A DNA stretch of 64,000 bases from positions 6,056 through 70,055 of the forward strand of contig CAMDFJ010000003.1 in the NCBI GenBank assembly GCA_945897435.1. The letters are read 5' to 3'. Positions 46,770 to 56,371 of the stretch are shown here, in pieces. Numbering within the stretch: the first letter of the stretch is position 1; every line of letters begins with the position of its first letter. The DNA is from Candidatus Kuenenia stuttgartensis (GTDB taxonomy: Bacteria > Planctomycetota > Planctomycetia > Pirellulales > UBA1268). The position numbers were made by a program, and so were the translations under genes. The notes beneath the pieces are model-generated. The model was given only the letters and a program-made list of their open reading frames with translations. It was not told the DNA's origin and ran no database searches.

Positions 46770-47837
46770 TTACGGCCGGCCGCCGGGGGATTGCTGGTTC
46801 GAATCTGCGGATTGCACCGACCTTCCGACACCTTTGGAAGCCGGGGCGGCGATCGGGCCAATCGCTGCCGGCCGGCTGTCTTCCGTGATGAACAGGTTGG
46901 CCAGGATCTGTTGTTCGACGAACAGCATCCCCAAGGCCATCGGCATCATCACCCAGCCGGCGAGATCGTGAAACACCATCTCGGCGACCTCCGAATTGGC
47001 CACCTGGTAGAGCAATCCCGTGACGGTGATCCGGATCGAATTCACGATCAGGGCGATGGGGATCGCGCTCGCCAGAATGACCGCGTTTTCCCACCATGCC
47101 CGATCGCCGAGCAGGACCAGCGCGACTGACAGCGCGATGAAGATCGTCAGCATCCGCAGCCCGCTGCAGGCGTCGACGACGCCGAGATGCATCTCGCCGA
47201 CCACGATCTGGTTGCCCTCGCGAAACGCATCTAGCCCCAACGTCTGCAGCGCATAGGTGCTGACGATGGTGGCCAACGTCTGGAGCGGCCCCAGCAGATA
47301 CCTGGTTGCCTCGTCGGGGAGCGGGTACATGAAGATCAGGAAGGCGATCGGCGCCCATGCCCAGCGGAAGGTGCTCCATCCGCCGCAGAGGAGAAACACT
47401 CCGGCGACCGCCGGCACGAACGTGTACATGTCGATCGTCACGATCCGATATCGGGCGGCCAGAAGCCGAAGGACGAAACTTGCGGCCAGGAGCCCGAGTC
47501 CCGCCAGCCTGGCAGAGAGCGTCACCGGCTCGATCGGCCGGCGCCACCAAAACAGCAGTCCGACGGCGAACAGCGGCACGATCCAGCCGTGGGAATACTG
47601 CGGGTTGCTCCAGCTCGCCTGAGCGTTGAGCAGGCCCGGCCAATAGCTGTAGATGAGCATCCCGATCAGACCGGCGATCGCCAGCCAGGGTCCCCGCTGA
47701 TCGGGTTGCCGCAACTCTTCGCGAAATTCGAGGAACCGTCGCTTGGAACCCTCGAAAAGCCCCTCGTCGATGGGATCGAAGGCTGCAGGACGATGTGCGA
47801 TGGCAGTTCTCGCTGCCTCGGTCGGCTTGATGTGCAT
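46770..47837 (-). CDS. exosortase (EpsH/Xrt family)
   Basis: Polytopic. VVDACSGLRMLTIFIALS (exosortase Cys motif) and NSIRITVTGLL (Arg motif). ORF 46735..47955 is an alternative-frame shadow. Confidence 0.85.
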   Translation of the reverse strand: MHIKPTEAARTAIAHRPAAFDPIDEGLFEGSKRRFLEFREELRQPDQRGPWLAIAGLIGMLIYSYWPGLLNAQASWSNPQYSHGWIVPLFAVGLLFWWRRPIEPVTLSARLAGLGLLAASFVLRLLAARYRIVTIDMYTFVPAVAGVFLLCGGWSTFRWAWAPIAFLIFMYPLPDEATRYLLGPLQTLATIVSTYALQTLGLDAFREGNQIVVGEMHLGVVDACSGLRMLTIFIALSVALVLLGDRAWWENAVILASAIPIALIVNSIRITVTGLLYQVANSEVAEMVFHDLAGWVMMPMALGMLFVEQQILANLFITEDSRPAAIGPIAAPASKGVGRSVQSADSNQQSPGGRP

Positions 47838-47867
47838 CGACGGAAAACTCCACGAATCCCGAAAGAC

Positions 47868-48878
47868 TTACGAAGTATACAGGGGAATTCCCACAGCCAT
47901 GAGCACGTCTGGAAGCGTGACGACCGCCGACAGGTTCGCGTTTCGGATCAGCCATTCGGCGGGATCAAAGCCGAGGATCGGAATGCGTGCCATCCATTCA
48001 TCTGCCGAACGCCAGATCAGCTGGTGGACGACCGCCGCCGCGAACAGATCGAGGGCCGCCCAATTCCCGGTCTGGGTCGCGGACTCTCCAACGCTCGCTG
48101 CCCGCGCGTCGCGGCCGCAGAGCAGCCGACGCAGACCGGCCGCCACGGCAAACAACAGACCGACGGCGAGCACGCCCCGCACTCCAGCCGAGCCGCCAAC
48201 CAGCATCATGCCCGCCCGCAGTGCAGGCCGGCCGGCAGCCATTCCCAGCCCCGCCCCAACGGCGAGGCCGAGGAGCGCATCAGCGAGCGAGTGCAGGCTG
48301 GGGTAGGCCCCGGTTTTCAAGGGGAGGGCAGCGTTGGCCGCGACGGCAACGGCCAGCGAGGCCATGATCCAGGGCCGGGGAATCGGCTGGCCATCGTGAT
48401 CCAGCAGTGCCCAGACGAGCAGCGTCATCAGCATGGCGCAATGCACCGCGCAGAGGGCCACGAGAGGCCAGTCGGTCCGGGTCAGCAGAACATCGCTCCC
48501 AAATCCCAGCCCGACGAACCGCTGGCCTGGAAGATTGGCCCCGCCGCCGAGCAGTTCGACGGAGGCCACGAGCCCGACGACGAGGGCAGCGCAGGCCTCG
48601 ACGAGCGGGTAGCGGGGGGAGATCGGCGTCATGCAATAGCGGCAGCGTCCCTGAAGAAACAGCCAGCCGAGCACGGGCACGTTGTCGTGCCAACGGATCG
48701 GCGAACCGCATTCGGGGCAGCGGGATCCACCGCCGACCACCGACGCCCCGCGTGGCAGCCGATGCACGACGACATTGAGGAAGCTGCCGAGATTTCCGCC
48801 GAGCAGGAGCAGAAACGCGGCCACGACCGCATCCGTCAGCGGAACGACCCACTCGTGAAACTGCATCGCCATCGCCAT
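47868..48878 (-). CDS. prepilin-peptidase (A24)-like membrane protein, possibly lacking the second catalytic Asp
   Basis: ATG at 48878. N-terminal domain: GSFLNVVVHRLP...CPECGSPIRWHDNVPVLGWLFLQGRCRYC. First Asp motif: ALLDHDGQPIP. No GxGD motif is seen; AVGAGLGMAAG is in its place. Confidence 0.65.
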   Translation of the reverse strand: MAMAMQFHEWVVPLTDAVVAAFLLLLGGNLGSFLNVVVHRLPRGASVVGGGSRCPECGSPIRWHDNVPVLGWLFLQGRCRYCMTPISPRYPLVEACAALVVGLVASVELLGGGANLPGQRFVGLGFGSDVLLTRTDWPLVALCAVHCAMLMTLLVWALLDHDGQPIPRPWIMASLAVAVAANAALPLKTGAYPSLHSLADALLGLAVGAGLGMAAGRPALRAGMMLVGGSAGVRGVLAVGLLFAVAAGLRRLLCGRDARAASVGESATQTGNWAALDLFAAAVVHQLIWRSADEWMARIPILGFDPAEWLIRNANLSAVVTLPDVLMAVGIPLYTS

Positions 48879-48954
48879 ATTCTCACTCGTTCGGCAGGGA
48901 ATTTTCGTGTAGGTAAGGTAGTCTGGGAACGAGGACATCCGCAGGGCACCTGGC

Positions 48955-49983
48955 ATGAGACCGGACGAAACCGAGCTTTTCAGAGGCAGTGCCTCCGAAC
49001 CGAACGCCCCGCGCCGCGGCCTGCCAACCTGGCTCAGCCTGGTGCTGCGGCTGGCGGCGACGATCGCACTGATGGCCTGGGCGCTGCGGGGCGTGGAGTG
49101 GCACAAACTTGTCGATCTCGTCTCGCGGATCGACTGGCGCTGGTGGACCGCTGGACTGGCGATCGGCGTCCTCGTCCAGGTGATCGCCGGCATCCGCTGG
49201 GCGGCACTCGCGCGGCCGATCGGGTTTCCGTATTCAGCGGGACTGTTCGTCTGGCGATTTTTTGAGGGGTCGTTTTTCAGCCTCTGCCTGCCGACATCGA
49301 TCGGCGGCGACGTCGTCAAGGCCTATCGCCTCGCCGACTCGACCCACGGTCGGCTGCTGGCGGGATGCACGGTGCTGGCCGACCGCCTGACCGGCCTGGC
49401 GGCTCTCGGCGTGCTCGCCGGCGGCACGATCATCGCCCGTGAGCTGGCACTCGGCCTGGCTGGTACGGTCGCCGTCGGCGCCGGCCTGCTGCTGGCCGCG
49501 ATCGCGGTCTTCTGGCTGGTCGTCGGATCACTCGACCGGCTGCTCAGATTTTTTCCCGAACCCCATCGGGCGCGGCAGTTCATCTCGCAACTGCTGCCCT
49601 ATCAGCTGCGGCCAAACCTGATGACGCGGGCCATCGGCTGGAGCCTGATCGTGCAGATGGGAGGAGCGGTTTCGGTCGCGTTGATCGCCCGGGCGATCGG
49701 CGTCAAGCTGCCGCTTTCGATCTGGTTCGCCGTCGTGCCGCTGGTGGCTCTGGCGATGGTGCTGCCGATCAGCATTGGCGGCGTCGGTGTTCGCGAAGGA
49801 GGTCTGGCGATGCTGCTTGCTCCCTCCGGAATCCCCTCAGAGCAGGCCGTCGCGATCGGCCTGCTCTGGTTCCTGTGCACGATCATCTGCGGGCTCATCG
49901 GAGGAGGATTGTTTCTCCTCGATCGGAACCCTCAGCATGCGGCACCAGCCGGACCGATGCCTGGCGATCAGGTCGCCGTCTGA
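48955..49983 (+). CDS. flippase-like / lysylphosphatidylglycerol-synthase TM-region family membrane protein (UPF0104-like)
   Basis: IRWAALARPIGFPYSAGLFVWRFFEGSFFSLCLPTSIGGDVVKAYRL is typical of this family. Eight or so TM segments. Confidence 0.65.
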   Translation: MRPDETELFRGSASEPNAPRRGLPTWLSLVLRLAATIALMAWALRGVEWHKLVDLVSRIDWRWWTAGLAIGVLVQVIAGIRWAALARPIGFPYSAGLFVWRFFEGSFFSLCLPTSIGGDVVKAYRLADSTHGRLLAGCTVLADRLTGLAALGVLAGGTIIARELALGLAGTVAVGAGLLLAAIAVFWLVVGSLDRLLRFFPEPHRARQFISQLLPYQLRPNLMTRAIGWSLIVQMGGAVSVALIARAIGVKLPLSIWFAVVPLVALAMVLPISIGGVGVREGGLAMLLAPSGIPSEQAVAIGLLWFLCTIICGLIGGGLFLLDRNPQHAAPAGPMPGDQVAV

Positions 49984-51554
49984 CCCGCCCTGCGGCGGGC
50001 GTCCACGAGCAACAGCCCGGCGACGGTCTTCGCATCGTCGATCCTGCCGTCGAGGCACATTGCGATCGCCTCATCCCATCCGACCAGGCGTGTCGTGATC
50101 ACCTCGCCCGGCTCGAGTGCCTGCGGGCCGGCAGCGAGGTCGGCGGCCAGAAAAAGATGCATCCGTTCCCGCAGAATGCCGGGAGACATCCAGAAGGAGG
50201 CGATCTGCTCGATCCGGCCTGCCCGGTATCCGGTTTCCTCGGCAAGTTCTCGGGCAGCGGCCTCTGCCAGCGACTCGACGCGATCGAGCGTGCCGGCGGG
50301 CAGTTCGAGCAGCGGCCTTCCGACGGCGACCCGAATCACCTCGATCAGACAGACCTCTGCAGCCGAGACCATCGGCACCACCACCACGCTGCCCGGATGC
50401 TCGATCACGTCCCGCATCCTTGGCGGCGTCGTCGCTGCGACGCCGGCAGAGCGGGCTTCGGCCACCCGCCGTACCCGAAACCGTCGCGTTTCGAAGACGA
50501 TCTCGCCTTCGCCTGAAGGCTCCGTCAGCGACTCGACGAGTGGCAACGCCACGAGGCCTGCCGGAAGACCCTCGATCGCCAGAGGCTCTTTTTCCAGACC
50601 ACGGTCGACGACCCGTTTCGCCTGCAGCAGGCCGACTCCGAGATGGCCTCGCAGTCGCGGCGACCAGCAGGCAGATCCGATCGTTCCGATCAGATCTCCT
50701 CCGGCCGTCACCCTCGCGGACGGGGCGAAGGCGGTCCCTGCTGTCAGACCCATCAGCCTGCGATTGACGTGTCCCAGGGCATCGATCCGGGCGACCGTTT
50801 CCTGGCCGAGATAACAGCCTTTTGTGAACGAGATCGCCCGTGCGTCGCGGCCCAGTTCCTGGGGCAGCGTCTTTTCGGGGATGTCGGACGGGGCCGGCCG
50901 GCCCTGCTCGATTCGGGCGGTCTCGATGGCCAGCGGATCGGCCTCGCGGGCGGCCGTTGCCCGCCAGGCCCCGGTCAGCCGGACCAAATCCGAGGCTGCC
51001 ACACGGACGAGAAACGCAACCGGACCGACCCAATCGACCCGGACGAGAACCGCCGGCACGCCATCGACGATCAGGGCCGCATGATCGAACAGCCGGCTTG
51101 GTAGCCGCGGTATCTCGGATGCAGGCTCCCGACCCCCTTTCAAGGCAATTCTGTCGGCAAGCCAGGCCTCGGCATCCGGCCCGGCCACGATCAGGCAGGC
51201 GGTGTCTGCCGAGGCGTCAACGATCTCGATTTGCTCGCGGATCAGGTAGTGCGAGAGGTGCCCGGCCAGCGACAGAGGCAGTCCGCCATCGGCATCGATG
51301 AGGAGTCCTTCTTCGGTCCGCAGGATCGTCGCCAACGCCAGAACCCAGCCCCTGGCATCGGTGAAAAACGCTTCACTGCCCTGGCCAGATTCGAGCCCCG
51401 AGAGGGCGGCCGTCACGAAGTTGTCGACGAAACGCACTGCATCGCGGCCCTGGACCAGGATCGAGGTCCGGGGTCCGAGCTCTGCCCAGGCGACGGATCG
51501 AAGCAGCTGTTCATAGCCGGCTGGAGTCGCCGGCGGGATATTGGCAGCGGTCAC
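49968..51554 (-). CDS. YgfZ/GcvT-like folate-binding domain fused to NUDIX (ADP-ribose pyrophosphatase-like) hydrolase
   Basis: N-terminal part: ISFTKGCYLGQETVARIDALGHVNRRL (YgfZ signature). C-terminal part has a perfect Nudix box, GTLDRVESLAEAAARELAEETGY. One uninterrupted frame. The start is uncertain (GTG 51554; the ORF is open to 51812). Confidence 0.7.
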   Translation of the reverse strand: MTAANIPPATPAGYEQLLRSVAWAELGPRTSILVQGRDAVRFVDNFVTAALSGLESGQGSEAFFTDARGWVLALATILRTEEGLLIDADGGLPLSLAGHLSHYLIREQIEIVDASADTACLIVAGPDAEAWLADRIALKGGREPASEIPRLPSRLFDHAALIVDGVPAVLVRVDWVGPVAFLVRVAASDLVRLTGAWRATAAREADPLAIETARIEQGRPAPSDIPEKTLPQELGRDARAISFTKGCYLGQETVARIDALGHVNRRLMGLTAGTAFAPSARVTAGGDLIGTIGSACWSPRLRGHLGVGLLQAKRVVDRGLEKEPLAIEGLPAGLVALPLVESLTEPSGEGEIVFETRRFRVRRVAEARSAGVAATTPPRMRDVIEHPGSVVVVPMVSAAEVCLIEVIRVAVGRPLLELPAGTLDRVESLAEAAARELAEETGYRAGRIEQIASFWMSPGILRERMHLFLAADLAAGPQALEPGEVITTRLVGWDEAIAMCLDGRIDDAKTVAGLLLVDARRRAGQTAT

Positions 51555-51932
51555 GGGAGGATTCGGCTCCAACTTCCCAAGGTGTCCTCTGATCCCGGGA
51601 CAGGCTACCACGCGGCCTCGCCGCCGGAAGCCACGGCCCCGGATTTCCTCGATCGATTTCCTTGGTTTTTTTCGATGGACTGGCGAACAACCGCTCCGAT
51701 CGCTGCGTAGATCAATCACCGCAAGGATGCAGCGGTGCGGCAGGCACGAGGCCAACCAAGGGCAATCGACTTGCCGCCGTGCATAGGCTTGGGCAGTCGG
51801 ACACGAGGGCAAGGCGTGGTCCGTGACTGGCGAGCCGATTCAACAAACTGTTTTCTTCCGCTCGCAGTTTTCCAGTCAGCAATCCGCGCTCGCGGTGCGC
51901 ACCGACGCCACACCCTTTGAGGAGGATGTACC

Positions 51933-52562
51933 ATGGCCACTGTCCACTACGATGCCGATTGCCGCGACGATTTCGATGACGGCGATGACTCTGGAAACAG
52001 TCCCTTCGCCGTGGCCGACAGCGGCTACTCGGACGTCGCCCGTGCCGAAGCCGACTACGTGTCTCGCGGGTTCGCGGACCGTGGCCGTCGCGAGGGCCGA
52101 ACAGTCCGCAAGATGCACCGCATCGCAGAGGTGCGGCAGCGTCAGGGAGTGACGCTTCGAAACGTCGCCCGACGGCTCGGACTCGAGCTGGCGACGGTCC
52201 GAAGGCAGGAGCAGGAGCAATGCGATCTGCGGATTTCCGAACTCATGGGATGGCAGTCGGTGCTCGACGTGCCGATCGCCGAGCTCCTCGTCGAGGGGGA
52301 GGGCCAACTGTCGGGGCCGGTGCTCGAGCGATCTCGAATGGTGAAGCTCATGAAGACGGCGGCGGCGATTCGCGAGCAGTCCGAGGGCACCCCGATCGGC
52401 CGGATGGTGACGATGCTCATCGATCAGATTCTCGAGATCATGCCCGAACTCGCCGACGTGACTCCCTGGAACACCGTCGGCCAGCGGCGCACGCTCGATG
52501 ACCTCGGCCGCACCGGTCGCTACTCCGTACCGGAGGAGATCTTCCGACGGCCGGTCCAATAG
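51933..52562 (+). CDS. XRE-type HTH transcriptional regulator with acidic N-terminus
   Basis: RQRQGVTLRNVARRLGLELATVRRQEQEQCDLRISELMGWQSVLDVPIAELL. Confidence 0.6.
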   Translation: MATVHYDADCRDDFDDGDDSGNSPFAVADSGYSDVARAEADYVSRGFADRGRREGRTVRKMHRIAEVRQRQGVTLRNVARRLGLELATVRRQEQEQCDLRISELMGWQSVLDVPIAELLVEGEGQLSGPVLERSRMVKLMKTAAAIREQSEGTPIGRMVTMLIDQILEIMPELADVTPWNTVGQRRTLDDLGRTGRYSVPEEIFRRPVQ

Positions 52563-52747
52563 CCGCCCAGTCTGGCGAGGATTACGCCGCATCGCCGGCG
52601 TGGATGGGGAAGGCGTCGACGCCAGCCTTGTCCGCGCCGGCGGTCGCGTTTACGATCGGCGGGTCGCAATCCAAACGTTCCCGTTTCGGGGCTGACGCCG
52701 TTTGCCCGCCGGCGACGACGGCAACTCCAGCACCGCACCGTCAGAGG

Positions 52748-53182
52748 TCAGTTTCCGTGTTTTCCTATCTTGGCGTGCTCGGCATTACGGCGATCCTGTT
52801 TTTCGTCGTCATCGCAACGGCCCGAGTGATTTTTGGCAAGTAACGCCCCGCGGACGAGCATGGCGGTGAATCCGCCGAGCACGCCGCCGAGGACGAGCCA
52901 GGCCGCGATTGCCAGCCAGACATAGTCTCGCAGCCAGACCCGGAGCGGAGGCTCTGGGCTCTTTGGCACCTTCCGCTGCACCGGGCCCTGACGGCCGGTC
53001 TGCTGCCGCATGGCGTCGCGAAACTGGTCCCAGTCATGCTGGGCCTCGGGCTTTTCCAGCCGCTCGAGCCAGGCTGCCCGCGACCGCATCAGGACCACGG
53101 GCGGCAGGGCGAGTGCCGCGATCCAGAAGGCGGCAAACACCAGTGTCGCCAGCGTCGCCGCCGAGAGTCTACGGGGAATCAT
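52748..53182 (-). CDS. hypothetical two-TM membrane protein
   Basis: Internal Met (MIPRRLSAATLATLVFAAFWIAALALPPVV) and a second TM (WLAIAAWLVLGGVLGGFTAMLV). The 3' tail overlaps a candidate small ORF on the + strand. Confidence 0.4.
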   Translation of the reverse strand: MIPRRLSAATLATLVFAAFWIAALALPPVVLMRSRAAWLERLEKPEAQHDWDQFRDAMRQQTGRQGPVQRKVPKSPEPPLRVWLRDYVWLAIAAWLVLGGVLGGFTAMLVRGALLAKNHSGRCDDDEKQDRRNAEHAKIGKHGN

Positions 53183-53375
53183 CGGGGGTTCCTCGAGGAT
53201 CGACGCCACGCCACCCTCCCATTCTTCACCGCTTTCCCAGCCCGGCAACCGGTCTGGTGTCGATTTTGGAGGATCGCTATCGTCCCGCACCTGCCGAACC
53301 GGAGCCGGCCAGCTTTGGCCGCCGATTCCGCTACCCATTCCCGGTCCAGACACAGCTCCTGAAGGAACACGTCAC

Positions 53376-54473
53376 GTGAAGCCGGTCAGCCTTCCGTCTC
53401 GTCGCCCGACTGCCTCCCTCCTGGTCGCGGTCTGGATCGCGGCCGCCACGTCCCTCGCCTGCCAGGATGCCCGGGCCCAGAACGGCTGGCTGCCGACATC
53501 CTGGTTTTCGAGCGACGAGATCGATCCGCAGGCGATGTTTCCGCTCGCTGAAAATGACGGACCCTGGCTCGTGCTCGCCACCACCTTCCGCGGCGACGGC
53601 GCCCGCGATGATGCCCGCCGACTGGTGCAGGAACTCCGCCGCGACTTCAAGCTCAAGGCCTACTCTCACGAGAAATCGTTCGACTACACGGGCCGGCAGC
53701 AGGGGCTCGGCCTCAATCCGGACGGCAGTCCCAAGAAGATGCGCTTCGCCAACTCCGAGCAGGTGACCGAGGTCGCCGTGCTCGTCGGCGACTTCGCCTC
53801 GTTCGATGACAGTCGCGGCCAGAAGATGCTCGCCAGGGTGAAGTCTCTCCAGCCGAAGGCACTCTCCGGAGAGAGCGGCAAGAGCCAGTCCTTCTCCGAC
53901 TTCCGAAAAATGGTCGGACTGGATCGGAACTCATCCAAGGGCCCGATGCACCTCGCCTTCGTGATCCCCAATCCACTGCTGCCAGAGGATTTCTTCACGC
54001 GACAGCAGGTCGACAAGTTCGTCATCGAAATGAACGCCGACGTGACCCACAGCCTGCTCGACTGCCCCGGTCGCTACACCGTTCGCGTCGCCACCTTCAC
54101 CGGCGCCGGCACGTTTGATCAGAAGGCGATCGAGGCCGGAGACGACGGCGGAAAACTGGAGGGGCGGCTGGTCGAGGCCGCCGAGAAGGCCCATCGACTG
54201 ACCCAGGCACTGCGTCGCACCGGCTGGCAGGCCTGGGAGTTTCACGACCGTGAATCGAGCATCGTCTGCGTCGGCTCGTTTCAGCAATTGGCCGCGCAGA
54301 CCAACGCGGGGAGCGGAATGAACCCCGAGATCGCCAGGATCGTCCGCGAACTCGGCCCCGACCCGGCCCGCCTCGCCGGCGGCAGCATCATGCCCCGGTC
54401 GATCGACGGCATCATGCTCGACGTGCAGCCGAAACCGATCGACGTGCCCCGCGTTCCGGATGGCTGGCGTTGA
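53376..54473 (+). CDS. hypothetical secreted protein
   Basis: GTG at 53376 in frame with ORF 53010... Signal-like ASLLVAVWIAAATSLACQDARAQ. No recognisable domain. Confidence 0.5.
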   Translation: MKPVSLPSRRPTASLLVAVWIAAATSLACQDARAQNGWLPTSWFSSDEIDPQAMFPLAENDGPWLVLATTFRGDGARDDARRLVQELRRDFKLKAYSHEKSFDYTGRQQGLGLNPDGSPKKMRFANSEQVTEVAVLVGDFASFDDSRGQKMLARVKSLQPKALSGESGKSQSFSDFRKMVGLDRNSSKGPMHLAFVIPNPLLPEDFFTRQQVDKFVIEMNADVTHSLLDCPGRYTVRVATFTGAGTFDQKAIEAGDDGGKLEGRLVEAAEKAHRLTQALRRTGWQAWEFHDRESSIVCVGSFQQLAAQTNAGSGMNPEIARIVRELGPDPARLAGGSIMPRSIDGIMLDVQPKPIDVPRVPDGWR

Positions 54474-54528
54474 AACGGCCCGAGCCGCCCGTGGACCGAA
54501 CCGATCCACGCTCATCGGACCCTTCTCC

Positions 54529-55146
54529 ATGAACGCCGCTCCCGCCATCCTTCTCCTCGGCACGACGAACGCGGGCAAACTCCGCGAACTCGCCGCACTT
54601 GTCGCCCCACTCGGTATCGAGTGTCGCTCGCTGGCCGACGAACCCGCTGCGGTCGAGGTCGAGGAGACAGGCAAGACCTTCGCGGAAAACGCCGCCCTCA
54701 AGGCGACCGGTCAGGCGATCGCCACCGGCCGCTGGGTTCTCGCCGAGGACAGCGGCCTCGTGGTCGACGCCCTCGGCGGTGCTCCGGGGATCTACTCGGC
54801 ACGGTTCGCGGGAGAGCATGCCGGCGACGCGGCCAACAACGCCCTGCTGCTGCAAAAACTCGCCGCCGTCCGCGGCACCGACCGCTCGGCCCATTACGCC
54901 TGCCATGCGGCCCTCGCGGCGCCGGACGGAAGCATCCTGGCGGTGGCCAGCGGCGTCTGCTGCGGCCGGATCGCGGAATCACCGTTGGGAACAGGCGGTT
55001 TCGGCTACGACCCGCTTTTCGTCGTGCCTGAATACCAACGGACGTTCGGCGATCTGTCGGCGGCGGTCAAGGCGGTCATCAGCCATCGTGGCCGGGCGAT
55101 GCGGGCAATGCTGCCTGCGATCAGGCGACATCTGGCTCGGCCCTGA
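54529..55146 (+). CDS. rdgB: dITP/XTP pyrophosphatase (RdgB/HAM1 family)
   Basis: ILLLGTTNAGKLRELAAL...EETGKTFAENAALKA...LAEDSGLVVDALGGAPGIYSARF...GTGGFGYDPLF...ISHRGRA. Confidence 0.9.
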   Translation: MNAAPAILLLGTTNAGKLRELAALVAPLGIECRSLADEPAAVEVEETGKTFAENAALKATGQAIATGRWVLAEDSGLVVDALGGAPGIYSARFAGEHAGDAANNALLLQKLAAVRGTDRSAHYACHAALAAPDGSILAVASGVCCGRIAESPLGTGGFGYDPLFVVPEYQRTFGDLSAAVKAVISHRGRAMRAMLPAIRRHLARP

Positions 55147-56269
55147 GGCTTGCGCTGCCGTACTCCAGCCGCCGCTCGATGATCCGCACCACCTCGGGTG
55201 TGCCGTCCATCCTGCCCTGGAGCCTCTCGAGCGCCGGCCGAAAGCGTTCGATGCCGTCGAGAAACCGCCTCACGACGTCGCCGTTGACCTGTTCGAGCGG
55301 CGTGAAGTCGCCGCACTGCATGCCGCTGAGAAAGTGGCTGTTCATCAGCTGTTCGGCGTGGGCCCTCTCCGGCAGGAGCAGCATCGGCTTGCCGAGGTGG
55401 AGTGCCTCGCCGACGAGTTGATTGCCCGCCGCGGAGATCAGTCCGCGGCAGCGGGAGAGGTCTTCGACGAACCGCTGCTCGTCGATGGCATGAAACGAGA
55501 CGTTGCCGATGTGCTCCCGGTGCCCAAGACCGTAGACCTTGACCGGCATGCCGCAATCGGCGAGAGCCGATAGCGTGGCGAAGGGTGTGTGCCGCCGCAG
55601 GTAGCTGAGGATGAAGCCGCCGTCGCGAGGAACGGCTCGGGTGATCTCCCGTCGCAGGAGCGGCCCGACCTGAACGACGTGCTCCCAGCCGCGTCGCAGC
55701 GGCGGCCTGAAAAAGGCCGACACCACCGTGTCGGAGGCACCCATCACATACATCCAGACCGCATGGCTCATGAACCAGGCCTGCCACTTGAGGGCCAGCG
55801 GCAACTGGCTCAGGTCGTAGGCGAGGAGGAAGTGCTGGTGGTCGACGCTGATCAGCGGGATCTGCTGACGTGCCGCGGCCCGGGGGAGGGCCGGCTCGAA
55901 ATCAGTCACCGCGAGGTCGGCCTGGAAGTCGTCGAGTTCCCGCAAAATCCTGTCAACGAGCGGCCCCAACTGCCGGGCCTGATAGTCGAGGCCGGCAGCG
56001 ATCGACCGCGGCACGTCGAGCCTGCCCCCGGAATACTGAAACACGATGCCCGGAATCTCGACCAGTCGCACCCTGCCACGGGCCGCGTTGTCGATCGCGA
56101 TCCGGCCGGCCGGAGTCTCACCGGCAAAACGCCTGGAGAGGAATTCGTGGGCATCTGCCGAGGTGAAGATGAGCACGTTGTGCTCCCCCTGCAGGTGCTC
56201 GACGAGCGTCGCAATACGGGTGGCGTGGCCGCGTCCCTCACCGCAGAGACTGATGGCGATGTTTGCCAT
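55121..56269 (-). CDS. GT-B glycosyltransferase (MJ1255/UDP-glycosyltransferase-like)
   Basis: MANIAISLCGEGRGHATRIATLVEHL... ...LISAAGNQLVGEALHLGKPMLLLP. Confidence 0.75.
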   Translation of the reverse strand: MANIAISLCGEGRGHATRIATLVEHLQGEHNVLIFTSADAHEFLSRRFAGETPAGRIAIDNAARGRVRLVEIPGIVFQYSGGRLDVPRSIAAGLDYQARQLGPLVDRILRELDDFQADLAVTDFEPALPRAAARQQIPLISVDHQHFLLAYDLSQLPLALKWQAWFMSHAVWMYVMGASDTVVSAFFRPPLRRGWEHVVQVGPLLRREITRAVPRDGGFILSYLRRHTPFATLSALADCGMPVKVYGLGHREHIGNVSFHAIDEQRFVEDLSRCRGLISAAGNQLVGEALHLGKPMLLLPERAHAEQLMNSHFLSGMQCGDFTPLEQVNGDVVRRFLDGIERFRPALERLQGRMDGTPEVVRIIERRLEYGSASLRAEPDVA

Positions 56270-56371
56270 AATGAGAACGGGCCACGGTCAGTCCGGAAGT
56301 CGAGGCGGCTCGCGACGGCCACCGCTTTGGGAAATGGTGACCAGAAACGGCCGAAGGATCAAACTCACCCG

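Noticed and set aside
46735-47955. 406-aa minus-strand ORF overlapping the exosortase
   Set aside because: It is an alternative frame. The 46770..47837 frame carries the exosortase TM pattern and Cys/Arg motifs.
47589-49265. 558-aa + strand ORF
   Set aside because: It is antisense to the exosortase and the prepilin-peptidase-like gene, with shadow composition.
55589-56371. Upstream 261 codons of ORF 55589..57418
   Set aside because: This part is antisense to the glycosyltransferase. A signal-peptide-bearing start at 56372 gives a sensible gene.
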